Shown here: positions 14,401-31,502 of the stretch, in pieces
Numbering within the stretch: the stretch's first letter is position 1
Layout: each line of letters opens with the position of its first letter
DNA from: Salpingoeca rosetta
Taxonomy: Eukaryota > Protista > Choanoflagellata
Direction: 5' to 3'
DNA length: 64,000 nucleotides
NCBI GenBank assembly: GCA_033442325.1
Contig: JAWQFM010000020.1
Location: 747,233 to 811,232 of the forward strand
The notes under the pieces: generated by a model
Databases searched by the model: none
Told to the model about the DNA's origin: nothing
What the model saw: the letters and a program-made list of their open reading frames with translations, nothing else
Position numbers and translations under genes: made by a program

Positions 14401-17400
14401 GGAGGGAGGGAGGAACGTGTGGATGAATGAATGACTGCATGGTGAAGTTGAATACGCGCCACAGGTGGTCAAGGGGGTTGCAATGGCGTGGTTGCCCACA
14501 CCACACACACACGAACACACACACGCGCGCGCACACACACACACGCGCGCGCGCACACACACAACGAGCAGGCGTACCGGTGTTCACAAAGGCGTTGGTG
14601 AAGCTCTTGGCCAGGTTGAGGCGCGGCACGGCAAACCCTGGGAGGGACAAACAACACAATGTCATGTAGTGGCGGATGGGTGGGTTGGTTGGTGTGAGGG
14701 ACAGAACTGAATAAGGGAGTGGGTCGACAAATTACAACAAAGGCAGTGTCGTCTCATCAACAGGAACGAGCCCACGAAGAGGTGAAGTGTGGCATGAAGC
14801 AATGTACGTGTGGCAATCTTGTCGTCGGCCTTGTACACATCATCGGGGGACTTTGGCTCCAGAATGTCGAGTTCGCGCGCCAGTGCAAGGTAACTGCTGC
14901 TCAGGTGCGTCTGGCGTAATGACAACAGCATGGCAAGCAACGCATCGTGCGCGTGGCGTATGAGAGTAAGAAAGACACCACATTCGTGGATCATGCTTGT
15001 ACTTGTGTGTGTGTGTGTGTGTCTGTCTGTGTGTGTGTCTGTCTGTGTGTGTGTCTGTGTGTGCGTGTGTGTTTGTGTGCGTGTGTGTCTGTCTGTGTGT
15101 GCGTGTGTGCGTGTGTCTGTGTGCGCGCGTACGTTTGCCATGAGGTCGCGGAGTTGCTCGAGCTCGTCATCGTCCTCCTCAATGCCGTCAAGCTCCTCCT
15201 CAACGTCAAAGAAAAACTGCTGCCGTCCAAGCAGGAACGCAAGCTGCCGCCGCGTGCTCCTGAAGCAGCAACAGTGATGTGATGGTTGCGATGGTCGTGG
15301 TGGTGGTGGCATGGTGAGGACACAGCGCAACCACACACGCGCGCGTTCTCTCACACAAGCTCACACGTTCATGCGCGCTCGCTCCCTCGTGTGCACAGTA
15401 AGCCAAACGAAGAAATCATGGCGCATGCGCACCTGTCTGGGCATGTTTTGAAGATGTCCTTGATAATGTCCATGTCGTTCAGCTTGAGGGCGACCTGCAT
15501 CGCCTGCGGCCACTTGGAAAACTTGCGGAAGATGCCGAGACATGTCTTCATCAGGATCTCGTCGTACGGCTCTGCAGGACAAGAGAGAAAGAGGGGGGGG
15601 GGGTGAAATGGGCGCGGCGGCGAGGAGAGGGGCGGGGGTTGAGTCGTGAGGGGGGAAAGAGTGGAAAGGGGAAAAGCAAGTGTCGTACAAACAGTGGCAC
15701 AAACACATGAAGTGGGCGTGCACATGACACGCCACGCGTTGGTGTATGTAACGTTGCAAGGCCACCCAAATGCAGAGGCCCAACGCGCAGGGCACTGCAA
15801 TAAGAGCGAACGCCGGAGGCGCAACGGACCTGGGACGTATGGGACGCAGCTCATGAGGTAGAGGCAGACGCGGTCGTAGCAGTTCTCGTCCACGTGCGGC
15901 TCCAGCATATCAAGGCGCTCAATCTGGTGCGAAAACAACACACGCAAGAGAAGGAGAAAGAGAGAAAGAGAGAGAGAGAGAGAAGGAGAGAGAGAGAGAG
16001 GTGTGGTGAGGGAAGGGTGAAATCGGGCACAGGTGAGGAGCGGTATTGACACACGGTCGCACACACACACACACACACATACACACACACAAACAGCGCA
16101 CCTCCATGAGGAGGTCGCAAGCGTCTGGCTCGGCGTTGTTCTTGACGCAGTATGGGACAATTTCACCGGCAAGCTTGGTGAGGTCGTCGAGCTGGGGCTC
16201 GCTGCCAGCCTCCTCTGCAGCCGCCACGCGCGCGCTGTGCTCAAGCGCAATCTCACCAATCAGGTGCCTACAGCCACCACGTGTGGAAAACAGAGGGGGG
16301 GGGTGATGAGCCGAGGAGAAGATGTGGTGGGGGTGAGGTTTGATGCAACACCACAGTACACAACACACACACACACACACATCACACGCGGAATGAGCAC
16401 GCAGGACAAATTCAGGGTGGCCACGCACCTGACGTATTCGTGGCCCCAGAGGGAGATGGGCTCATCTGTGCCCTTGAGGCGGAAGTTGAGGCAGTCGCGC
16501 TCGCCGCTGTCCACCGTCGTCGCAATCAGCGAGATGACGTCGGCAGCAATCGCCTGCGTGGCCGAGAGACGAACAGACAGTGGCAACACGGAGACGACAG
16601 CATGGTTTTGCGCGGGGCATGCACACAAGAGATGAGCAGGGACGGGCGGTTGACGCTATAGATGGATTACACCACACGGTTTCTGTGCATGCATATGCAA
16701 CGTTTCTCTCCACACGACGCCGCCCACACGTCATACAACGCGCACACGACACTCGCATGTGTACACGCTTGCAGACCTTGTGTTCTGGGGAGCTGAGCTT
16801 CTCGCGGATGTCCTTGATGCGCTGATAGTGTGGGCGAAGGAATTTGAGGGGCTTGGGCACAGAGGTCATAGATGACGTGGCTGTCTTGATCTCGGAACGC
16901 AGGTCCTTCAGGCACTGCTCGTACAGGCTCTGATCGTCCTCCTGTCAGCGACCACCCACACACGTGCACAGATGTGTGTGTGTGTGAGTGAGTGAGAGAG
17001 ACAGGCACAGAGACGGAGAGACAGACAGACAGAGACGGAGAGAGAGACAGACAGAGGCGGAGAGAGAGAGACAGACAGACAGAGACGGAGAGAGAGACAG
17101 ACAGAGGCGGAGAGAGAGAGACAGACAGAGACGGAGAGAGAGAGACGGAGAGAGACAGACAGACAGACAGACAGAGAGACAGAGACAGAGAGGGCAGGGA
17201 CAATAATTCCCACAGACGCAAGCAAGAAGGGGATGATTGGAAAGGCAATAAATGACTGCAGCGTACGTCGAGTCGGTCAAGGTAACCCTCAAGCTTCATC
17301 TTCAGCTCGCGGTCAGCTTCGGACTGCAACACGGCAGCAAATAGTGAAACGGTGTTTGGATGAGTGTGTCGCTTCGCATGACATGCAAAACAATGGGGGG

Positions 17401-17724
17401 GGGCGCAACATGCACAGTGCAAAACAAAAAGCATCAACACAAGTCTACACAGTACACACACGCGTACACACGCGCATACATACACAAGTCTACACACATG
17501 CGCGTACACATGCATGCACACGCACTCACAAACACGCGCTCACGCACACGCACACGCACACGCACACGCACACGCACACGCACACGCACAGTTCGTACCA
17601 GGTCTTCCTCGTTGATTTCCACGTCTTCTTCCTTTTCGTTCTTCTTGGCGTCTTTGTCCTTGTTCTTGTCGACGTCCTTGGAGACGTCCATCTTCTTTGT
17701 GGCCTCTTCACCGGCAGGTGGCAT
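11443..17724 (-). CDS. PSMD2: 26S proteasome regulatory subunit Rpn1 (non-ATPase subunit 2)
   Basis: [117 protein letters not shown]; roughly 20 exons. Confidence 0.97.
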
Positions 17725-18203
17725 GGCTGGCTGTTTTGTGTCGAGTTGGGGACGGGGCTTCTGAAAACTGGATGCAGCAATCAATAACCGCTGACAACAG
17801 CAGCTCGTGTGTGGGACTCACTGAAGCGTGCGCACAAACACAGAGGGTGGTGTGTGGCCCTTTGGATCACCGTTGCTCTCAAGTCACACACAGCCGCTTG
17901 CTTTGCTTGTTTTGCTTGCTTGCTGTCTGTCGTGATGGAGACTGCTCTGCTTCTTTTTGGGGTGATGGACGGATGGATGGCTGTCGTCGTCTCCTCTCTG
18001 TTCTGTCTGTCAGTTGCTGTCGGTTGTGTTTGTGTCGTCGTTTTCTTTCTTCTCTTCTTGCCTCTTGCTTCGGGCGGTTCAAGAAATCCGAGCAAAAACA
18101 TTCACAAAAGGGCGTACTTGTGCGTTGCAAATTGCAAGTGCAAGGTGCAACTGTCTGACAGGGAAGATGAAAGTCGTTTATGATTTCAGCAAGAACTCGG
18201 CGC

Positions 18204-18923
18204 TCACTGCCGCTTCTTGCTGGCAGCTGCAGTTGGCTGCTTGCTGTTTCTGTTGTTGGTGGTGGTGGTGTTTGTCTTCTTGCTGGTGTTGGGGTTGCAG
18301 AGGGCCAAAGAGATGAGCTGCAGCACGAGCATGGTGGCAAACAGAGACACCATTACCATAAACTCGTCCTGTCCACGCATGGCCTGACGTACAGCTCGTG
18401 TTCCCACACACAGCCATCTGCAAGCGAAGGGGGGGGGGCGTTGGTTGGTTGAGGAGTGAGAGAGGGGAGGTGATCGTGGGGCTCGTTGTGGTGTACACTG
18501 TCACGCAAACAAACGAATGCACGCGTCAACCCAACACACACATACACACACGCACACACACGCACACACACGCACACATACGCAAACACACGAGAACACG
18601 AGTGGAACTCACGATTCTGTGCAGGCGTCAGCATCAACGGATGGAAGGGAGCTGCGTCCGTTGTGGAAGTGCTTGCGAATGGCGGCAATGGCATTTGCCT
18701 GCGACTCCAGCGACACCTCAATCATGTACAGTCCAGGCCGCATCTCGCGCTTCCACCACTGGCCACGCAGCGGTGCCGTTTCGCCAACGGCCTCTGTCGC
18801 GTTGGTGTAGTGGTATGTCCAGTGGCGCATGCGGATGTACTTTGGTGGCCGCACGTGCATGTCATCCGGCTGCTCCTTCTCAAGCAGATCCAACACCGCT
18901 GGCTCGCCCTCAAGCAGCCTATA

Positions 18924-19001
<78 letters not shown>

Positions 19002-19257
19002 GCGCGTGGGTTTGGAAAAAGCAGTGGGGAAAAAAGAGGAGGAAGTGCGCGAGAACTGGGCGGAAACTGTGCAAACCGCACATCAGAGACGCACAAGCAC
19101 CTGATGGCAAGGTGCTGCAGCCACGGGTTGTGTTCGATGCTGCCGAGTGCGGCAAACCACATCTGCCAATCAAGCCGGGGCTGGTGTGGGGCTGTGCCAT
19201 GCACACATCGCGAGGGGAAGTGATGGGTGGTGGGTGCGTGCATGAACAAAACAGAAG

Positions 19258-19337
<80 letters not shown>

Positions 19338-21121
19338 CCGCTTCCGCATCTCAAGCAAGCACACTGCCAGGGCTGTAGAGCAAGGTACCGATAAAAGGCG
19401 GTCTGCCGGTGACCTTGCCAGGCTTGGACTTGAAGGCGTAATCGTGCCACGTGCGCGCGTCCCTGCTGCCCTCCACGGAGACCTCTGGGCGGCCGCCAAC
19501 ACCACTCATGCCGCGGAACAGCCCGTACGAAGTGACAACTTGCAGCGGATCGAGCAGCTGGTGGCTGCAACACAGTCGTGGAAAAAGTGTGTGTGTGTGT
19601 GTGTGTCGGTGTGTGTGTGTGTGTCGGTGTGTGAGTGTGTCTTGCAATGGTGTCAGCGGTGGTGGTGGGAACACACAAACGACATCACGGAACAGCTGAC
19701 CAGTTGCGTTGCCGCATGCACGCATGCAACAGACAGCATTTTTCTCCGCCATCCCCTTGGTAAAGACTGCACACACACACACACACGCACACACACACAC
19801 ACACAACACTGCACACACACACACACCCATGCCCGCCACTGCACGTGACGTTCGCACCTTTGCTGGACGACCTCATATCCGGGGGCAGTGTGGAGGCGAA
19901 AGGCGCGATCGTTCCAGCGAAGCGTCTCGATGGACGCCGCAAACAGGAGGGCGGCAACGCCCACCCGCGGCAGCACAGATGCAAGGTGCCCAAGGTTACA
20001 CCTGGTGTGTGCATGCAGGCAGGGGCGAAAATACAGCGGTGGAGGAGAGCAGTTGGCGGTGAATGGGGTGGCGATGAGGAGACTGGACAGGGGGGGATAG
20101 AAATGCATGAAGTGAGAGGGTGAGAGGGTGAGAGGGTGCGAGCACGGATATCACCACAACAAAGATCAAAACGCTGCAAGCAACAAGATGTAAGGACATC
20201 ACGCACTTCCTCAGAGCCTTGAAAACAGCAACCATGCATGGCACAGCCACGCCAATCGCTCCTGAAAACAGGTGAGGGGCGTTGTGTGCGTTTGTGGTGA
20301 GAGAAGATGTGCATCTATGTGTCTGTGTGTGCTGGTCGCGCCCTTTCTGTCTACGCCTGCCCCACTACTACAGCTTGCACAATGAGACCAAAACCAGCAC
20401 ACACGCCCGCGCGCGGCTCACCGAGGACAATGCCAGCCTCCAGGGCGCGGGTAAGCCAGTGCGAGAACTGCTGCTTGGTAAAAGCCACGGTTGCGGTGAT
20501 GGGCACATGCATATCTGCTTGCACATGCACGTCAAAAGCGTGTGCCGTGAATGTGCCAACAGCGAGGGCGGCGATGAGCAGGAACAGCGCCTCAGCCCAC
20601 CACGGCAGCCGCTTAATCAGGCGCAGGCCCTGCTTGCGCGCGGACACGTGCATGTCGACAAAGCGTGATGAGACGACGGCCTTCAGCTCTGCGGTGGAGT
20701 GTTCGGGGACAACAACGTCAGGAGAGGCGGCATTGGGGATGGGGGGAAGCGGAAGGATGTATGAGGACAAGGATGAGAACGTAGCATCAAACCAGGCTGT
20801 GTTATTCACCAGCTTCAAGCGCACGCACACATGCACACACACACACAAAGAAACACACACGCACGCACGCACGCACGCACACAAACAGAGATGACAGCCC
20901 GCAGCACCGTTGTCGTAGAGGACAGGGATGGCGAGCAGGGCAGTGAGGATGTTGAAGAAGTTGTAATTTCCTGTGACGAAGATGAGGGCCATCAGCACAA
21001 CTTGCGCCACCGCGCACACGACGCGCACGCTGGAAAACGGGAGAAAGAATCCAAATGGAAGCACCGCCTCAATCACATATACCTGCACCACACTGAACGC
21101 CTGCGCCCACGTGGTTTGTGT

Positions 21122-21161
<40 letters not shown>

Positions 21162-23134
21162 TCACAAACAAGGCGGATAAACGTGTTGTAGCAAGAAGCA
21201 TAAAGCAGGGCGCTCGCACCTGGAACCAGTGCGGCAGCTGATGCGCAAACCAGGCGAGCGGTGTTGGGATGCACTGGCTCTCGTAATGGACATCCATCGC
21301 CGTCAGCCCCCACCATGTCGGGCACTGACTGCACACATGTGCACGCGTGTGGTGCGGGTGTGAGTACGAAACAGAGCAACGTTACTTTTCATCCGCATAT
21401 CCATCATGATTGCACACGTGCACACTCTTCGCACGTACACACTCTTCGCACACACACACACACTCTCTCTCTCTCTCTTCGCACATACACACACACACTC
21501 TCTCTCTCTCTTCGCACGTACACACACACACATGTGCACGCACTTGTGCACCTTGTGAGCTTGACAATGCCGCTGAGGAACATGAGGCGAAAGAAGAGCC
21601 AGCGCACAAGCGACAGCATCAGGTCTACGTCACGTGTGTTTGTTTGCATGTATGCACACAAGCAGACAAGGAAGTAAGCAAGCTTACATTGTATGCCATT
21701 ATTGTTATTGCTGGTGAAAGCATTGTTGTGGGTTCGTAACAGCGCAATGATGTCTTGGCAACAGTCAGTCATGTTGGCTGCACAGTGATATGCCCATGCT
21801 GCAGCCTGCCTTACCTCCACCAGGGTGATATTGGTTGCGAACGCACACGAGCGGTGCTGTTGCTGCAGCTAAGAAGCCAACTTCCAGCAACAGAATGTCC
21901 CACTGCCAACAGCGCATGACCAGCGGAAGCGAGGCTGAGATGACGAAGGAGGATGCTCAGGCGTGCTCACTCTCTCGCACACGCGCGCGCGTGCGCTTGC
22001 AGCAGTAAAACACGCAAGTGCACACACACACGCGCGCGCGCACTTGCAGAAGTAAACATACATGTGCACACACACACACATACACACACATACACACACA
22101 CATACACACACACATACACACACGCACGCACACACGCACGCACACACGCACGCACACACGTACGCACGCACTTGGAAGTAGAGGAAGGTGTTGCCGACTT
22201 GGTACAGGGAAAAGTAGCAGAACCATAGTACGGCATAGACGGGAAGGCACCGGCACCGCCTACGCGCGCAAAGCATCACTGAGCGTTGAATGCACAGCCT
22301 TGCACAGACCTTGCACAGGAAGCAGGGGACACGAGCGAAGCGCCACAGCATGCACACAAACAACGCATGCACCGTTACACACATGCACACATGCACGCAG
22401 ACACATACACACAGCTACACACATGCATATGTATGCAACCGACCAGTAGATGACAGAGACGAAGGACAGAAAGGCGCCGAGCAAGGCAACAGCGTCCATG
22501 ATGGTGTCCACATGTTCATGAAGCGGCTGATATAGCCACAGTGCCTACAATTGTACGAAGCACAAGCAACCGTACATGGGGTAAGCGAGCAGTGAATGCA
22601 TGGTGAGTTGGAGAGCCTGTTGAGTGTTCTGCAGTTGCACATGTATTGTGATCGTGGGCGTCTGTGTACCGTCGGGTGTGCCTTGAAGTTCTCCAGCCAG
22701 TTGTCCTCGCTCACAGCCGCCTTCTCCAGCTGCGCCTGAGCAGGGACGAGACCAGTCGCCCCATACAAGCCCTGTCATCGCACGGCAGCGGGACGTGGGA
22801 CGCGCGAGCGATGCGTTGGAGTTACATAACATCAGTGACAGCAGTGACAGCGTGAGCAGAGGGTGCGATTGCACACGTACGCGCAGAGGGCGCGAGTGTA
22901 AACGTACACGCAGAGGCACTCACTCACCCACATGTACACTCACATGTACACTCACTCACTCACTCACTCACTCACTCACTCACTCACTCACTCACTCACT
23001 CACACAACACTGACCGGAAGCTGCAGGTAGATGGAGACGAAGGCGGCTGCGTAGACGGCGCTGATGCCCATGAGGAAGGCGTGCCGCACGGCACCCTGTG
23101 ACTTGCGTGCACCACAGCCTGAACAACAAGTCAT
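18204..23134 (-). CDS. LMF2: Lipase maturation factor 2 (ER polytopic membrane protein)
   Basis: [95 protein letters not shown]. The predicted last exon ends with a TM segment and KKRQ* (dilysine ER-retrieval motif). Confidence 0.95.
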
Positions 23135-23197
23135 TCCCACAGTCCTGTCGCTTGTTGATTCAGTGAACGGAAATCACCACAAGAAGGACTGAACAAG

Positions 23198-23227
23198 ATG
23201 AGCGGTGGTCGTGCTGGAGGGTGAGTT

Positions 23228-23305
<78 letters not shown>

Positions 23306-23540
23306 TGTGTGTGTGTGTGTGTGTCTGTGTGTGTGCGTGTCCCTCTCTCTCCCTCTCTCTCCCCTCATTCAAGATGATGGACTTGCTTGCTTGCACGCGC
23401 GCGTGCCTCATCCACAACATGCGCTGCGATGTGACATGCGATTGTGACAGCATCGTGCTCGGCTATGCGGGCTTCCTCTTCGTCATGGGTTTCCTCGGCT
23501 TTGCCATGGGTAACTTCCAGTCCAAGGTGGGCACGCGTGC

Positions 23541-23582
<42 letters not shown>

Positions 23583-24244
23583 GTGTGTGTGTGTGTCTCT
23601 GTCTGCCTGTGTCTGTTTGTGTGTGTGTCTGCCTGCCTGCCTGTCTGGCTGGCTGGCTGGCTGGCTGGCTGGCTCTGTGTGTCTGTATGTCTGTCTGTGT
23701 GTGCGTGTGTGTTTGTGTGCCTGTGTCTGTGTGTGTGTGTGTGTGGAAGGCTTGTGCACCAACCTGCATTGACGTGAAAGCCGCCTCCACTACCCCCTTC
23801 CGTCCGCAAACACCCAGGCCAAGTCCGCCATCATCGTCGGCTCGGCGTGCTCGCTGCTGCAGGTCATCGCATACTTCCTTCACATCTCCTCGTCCATGGT
23901 ATGTCATCAGCTGTGCACCTTCCATGCGCTTCGTACGTGCTTGCTAGCGACCCTTCTTCTCGGTAACTGCATCAACTCCACTCACAGCCCCGCCCTGCCT
24001 TGCCGGCTTCTCCCCTTTGCTCTCTCGACTTTAGTCTGGTGCCGGACTGATGATTGCAAAGGCGTTCATGACGGTCAACACGGCCCTGTTTGCGTGGAGG
24101 GCGTACTTGGCGTGGCAGTCGCCGGAGAAGCAGCACGTGGCCATCCTGGTCGCCGTCATGGCACTTGGGTCCCTTGCAGCACTGACAGTCCTTGCACTCA
24201 CCCCATCAGCGCCCAAGCGCCACGAGGCACAGAAGACCAAGTGA
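23198..24244 (+). CDS. Small (~130 aa) multi-pass membrane protein, possibly TMEM14-like
   Basis: Phase-consistent exons 23198-23220, 23451-23526, 23818-23898 and 24035-24244 give [54 protein letters not shown]...[30 protein letters not shown], about four hydrophobic helices. The family assignment is weak. Confidence 0.6.
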
Positions 24245-24555
24245 CGAAGTATTGTGTTGTGCTGTGTTGCGTGTATGTGTGTGGGGGGGGAGTTGTTGTG
24301 TTGTGTTGTGGTGTTCGGTTGCTTTATGTGTGGGTGTGTTGTGTTTCGTTGCGTCTTTCGCTGCGTCTCTCGCTGCGTCGTTCGCTGCTGTTGTCTCTGT
24401 TATGGCACGTTCATTTTACCTCGTACATCTCTCCTTGTCGTACATGTGAACAACAAATCATACAAGACATGAACAACCATGAAAGAGCACTCGGGCCCAC
24501 CAAACGGCTTCGCATCGTCACTGCACACACACACACGTGCGCGCGCACGGTCGTG

Positions 24556-27417
<2,862 letters not shown>

Positions 27418-27539
27418 CACCGTCCTGCCACTGCCGAAATTTCACAGATATTTTCAACAAATCTTCCCGACTTGCGCCAAAGAACACAACCACAAACAAC
27501 AAACAACCACAGCACCAACCGACCGACTGGAAACAAACC

Positions 27540-29114
27540 ATGGACCGAACGGTGGACTTTGATGGGCTGGCTCGCAGGGCGAAGCAAGGCGCGCGCGGGC
27601 CAGGAGCTCAGCAGGAAACATCGGACAGAAGTACTATTGACCGCCCAAGCAAAAGCGCACACGCGTTGCACTCTGCCTTTGTCGTGGAAGAAGACAGGCT
27701 GGCGACGCTGCTGCAGGAGCTGCTGCAAGTGCTGAACAAACCGCATGCCATCGTTGCCGCCTCCTACCCTGTTCCAACAACGTCGACTGGACTACATGAA
27801 GACGACGAAGGTGTCGCCGCTCAAGGCATCGCTACCGCCACAACTGGTTCAGCACATGTGCGGGGCATCCACGAGCAGCACGGGCTGCGGCATCGCCACG
27901 CAGGCAACGCACCCGCGACACAAACCCATCACAACGCACCTGCGCGCGCATCTGTGCTGCCACAACGGCAGCAACACGGCCACGGCCACGACAGGGCACC
28001 CGCATCAGCACCACTTGAAGCACAAGCTCAAGCACACATGCAATGGACATGGTACGACCCGTTCACCACGGCCAAAGCCTTGCAGGAGGCGCAAGCTGAT
28101 GTGGAGCGTGTCAGCCAGGTCCTGCAGAAGCTGCAGCAGCAGTTGGACGGTGTGAAGCCGGATCTGAACGGCGGCATGCAGGCCTTCCACTCCAACACGC
28201 TGAAAGAGCTCAAGGCACGCTGCGTGCTCGCCCTGGACCTGTGTCACCAGCGAGCGGCGCTGAGATGGCGCCATGAGGCCATGCGCACGTGCACAACCGC
28301 AGATGCAAGGCAGCTGTACCTCAACCTCCCGCGCTTGGCAACACGGTCGCAGGGGTTTGCCATGGGTCTGAAGCGGAAGCAGGCTCGCCGCAGAGCAAGA
28401 CGGAGCCCCGAAGGAAACCGTTCGCAGGCGGGCGCTGTGGCTGAGGCGGGTGTTGAGGAGGAACAGCACAACCGGGATGGTGTTGATCGCCGTCATGGTG
28501 CTGCAACAACTACCACAGGCGCAAGCGCGACAGAACCGGGACTGACAGAGCCGGCAGCCGAAGCGAGCAACGCACGGCCAGAAAAGGATCCACTGAGCAT
28601 GCCCAACTCCTCCAGCACAAGTTCCTCCACCAACACTCGCCGCAACAGAGGAGCAAGGCAATTACTTGGTGAACAGCAGCACAACAGGGCTGGTCGTAGC
28701 ATGGATGGTGGCAATCAGGCCCAGGGTGGTGGTGTTGGCGGTAGTAGCGACGATGCGTTTGACCTTGGGAGTATGCTAGCGGAGGTGCCAGAGGCGTGCA
28801 CGCAAGCGCTGAAGCAAGAGCATGCGCAGCTGCAGAACACGTGCCACGACATGCTGCGAGACATTGGCGCTATGCACGCGCAGGTGGGGGAGATCAGCAA
28901 GCTGCAGCAGCGCTTCTCGCAGCTTGTGGACACGCAGCAACAGACCATCACCCACATCACGGAGGCCACTGTGTCCACGCTGGGCAATGTGAGTGCAGGC
29001 AACCGTGAGCTGAAGGAGGCGAGCAGACACAACCGCGACTTTCGTCTGGTCATTATTGTCTTCTTTGCTGTGCTCACTCTTGCTCTGCTGTGCCTTGACT
29101 GGCTACACGCATGA
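27540..29114 (+). CDS. STX18: Syntaxin-18/Ufe1-like Qa-SNARE, single exon
   Basis: N-peptide MDRTVDF; SNARE motif EISKLQQRFSQLVDTQQQTITHI..NVSAGNRELKEA; C-terminal anchor RDFRLVIIVFFAVLTLALLCLDWLHA*, with the LDW ending typical of Stx18. Confidence 0.85.
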   Translation: MDRTVDFDGLARRAKQGARGPGAQQETSDRSTIDRPSKSAHALHSAFVVEEDRLATLLQELLQVLNKPHAIVAASYPVPTTSTGLHEDDEGVAAQGIATATTGSAHVRGIHEQHGLRHRHAGNAPATQTHHNAPARASVLPQRQQHGHGHDRAPASAPLEAQAQAHMQWTWYDPFTTAKALQEAQADVERVSQVLQKLQQQLDGVKPDLNGGMQAFHSNTLKELKARCVLALDLCHQRAALRWRHEAMRTCTTADARQLYLNLPRLATRSQGFAMGLKRKQARRRARRSPEGNRSQAGAVAEAGVEEEQHNRDGVDRRHGAATTTTGASATEPGLTEPAAEASNARPEKDPLSMPNSSSTSSSTNTRRNRGARQLLGEQQHNRAGRSMDGGNQAQGGGVGGSSDDAFDLGSMLAEVPEACTQALKQEHAQLQNTCHDMLRDIGAMHAQVGEISKLQQRFSQLVDTQQQTITHITEATVSTLGNVSAGNRELKEASRHNRDFRLVIIVFFAVLTLALLCLDWLHA

Positions 29115-29141
29115 TTTTGTGTGTGTGCGTGCGTGCGTGTT

Positions 29142-29194
<53 letters not shown>

Positions 29195-29586
29195 AAAAGG
29201 TACGTGTCCATCTTTGCACCTGTCTGTCTTTCTGTCTGTTTGCCTGTTTGTCCTCACTTCTGTCCTTTCTGTCCTTTCTGCTTGTCTGTCTACTTGTTTG
29301 GCGCGAGCTTTGCTTGTGCTCTTCTTACACGCAGCGCCGTTTGTTTGGCTTTGTGTTTTCTTTGCATTCAATCGTCGTCCGTCACTCAGTTGCATAAAAC
29401 GCACACGACGCACGCCATGCACATGTGCATCACTCGTGCTGCAGCCATCACACATGATGTGCATGCTTGCCCCCACACAGCGTCGACAGTGGCACCACAC
29501 CACAACCATGCAACCATGCAACCACGAAACCAAGCAATCATGTGCATCATGTGCATCATGTGCCACACATCAGTCTGGTTAGCTGT

Positions 29587-29731
29587 TTATGGATCGTAGA
29601 TGGCGTGTGCGATGCCAAGCAGCGTAAAGTGGAACAGAACAGCCGTCGTCACAACAACAAACAGCACGCCCTGCACGAAGATGAGCGTTGATAGCCAAGT
29701 GCGCGTCCCAATACAACTCCTGGTGCTGCTG

Positions 29732-29763
<32 letters not shown>

Positions 29764-29900
29764 AGTGGTGGCGCTGGTACCTGCTTGCTGTCTTCTGCGT
29801 GCGCGTGTCGCTGCAATGTGGGCAAGGGGTGCCTCCACTAACACAAACACGCCGTGCACCAGGAAAAACAGGTGCATGATCGCAGAGTGCTTCAACGGCG

Positions 29901-29979
<79 letters not shown>

Positions 29980-31467
29980 GAGGTGGAGGTGGAGGCAACA
30001 TCGGTGGTGAGTTGAGGGGTGGGTGAAGATTCGATTCCCAAGCATCACACACGAGACAGCGCAGATGCCATGGACAAGAAGCCACAATCGCAGCAGTTTC
30101 TACCTGAGAGGGCCATTGGTGCCGCATGCACCACACCCGACATGAAGAATGTCAGCAGCACAGCCGGTACGAGCGTAACAGGCTTGCCCTGGAGATGAAA
30201 TGGGTTTTGAGCACGCGCGTGGTTGTTATGTGTTCGTGGGTTAACGAAACGTTTCACAATGCATCGCGTCCATCTCACGGTCGGCGCAAGCGAAATCTTG
30301 CAACTCGCACAACACACACACGCACGCACACACACACACACACACGTACACACACACGTACACGTACACACACACACACACACACACATACACACACACA
30401 CACACACACGCACCTCTGTGTAGACTGCGAGGAAGAAAGCGTTCTTGAGGATGGGCTGCACAGCGCGGTTCCAGCGCCGCCCCCAAAAGTCGGCCACTGT
30501 CGACGCCGCAAACAACTGCACGTGGTGTCCGTCCAATTGACGAGCATGAGATTGAAGGTGGAGTGTTAGTCACAATGAGCATGACAAGGGAGCACACACA
30601 CACACACACATACACACACACACACCCCACACACACACCAAACACACCACACACACACACCAAACACACACACACGCACACACACACACACATACACACA
30701 CCACAGGTCACACACCACATGTCTCACTCACGTCCCCGAGGAGTGCGTGTGCAGTGTAGCCGAAAGCCGCATGGGCAATGGTGTTACCAATCTCAAACAC
30801 TTTGAAGGTGGTGACAAACCACTCAATGGCGGCAACGACCTCAACCACCATGAGCAGCGAGAGCCCCGTGGCCATGCAGGATGGCAGCGCGGCTTGGAGC
30901 GCAGGCGAGGCGGCGAGGAGGCCGTCTGCTGCCTCCACAATGGCGCTCGCTGTTGCTGACAACGGTGGCACGGTATTGGAAGATGTGTTTCTGTCGAGGT
31001 GGTGACAGGGAGCGTGCGTCTGGCAGATGGAATCGTGGGCAAAGGGCAGCGCCATCACGGTTTGGCCCAAGGGACTGCAGCACGCTGCGTGTGTGTAATT
31101 CGAGGCCATGCTAGGCAGGAGATACCACGTGATTATCGCCCATGGTAGGATGTGGACGCTGGCCCACAGCCGCTGCTGCACATATGCTCTCCGCTCTTCC
31201 CGTGATAAGCTCTTCAGTCGCTTGCGCACCGTCAGGTCCACAAACCCTGTGTTGGTGTTGTGAATATCGGTCGGTGGGTTACAAGGGCATCGAGGTCACT
31301 GATGCGAATTGGAGCATGCGCACTGACAGGCGCCAGGCCCATTGTGTCCGTGAACGCGTTCATCTGCACCCCCCGACACACATGCACACACATGCATACA
31401 CACACACATGCACACACACACACATACACACACACTTGCACACACACACACACATACACACACACTT

Positions 31468-31502
<35 letters not shown>

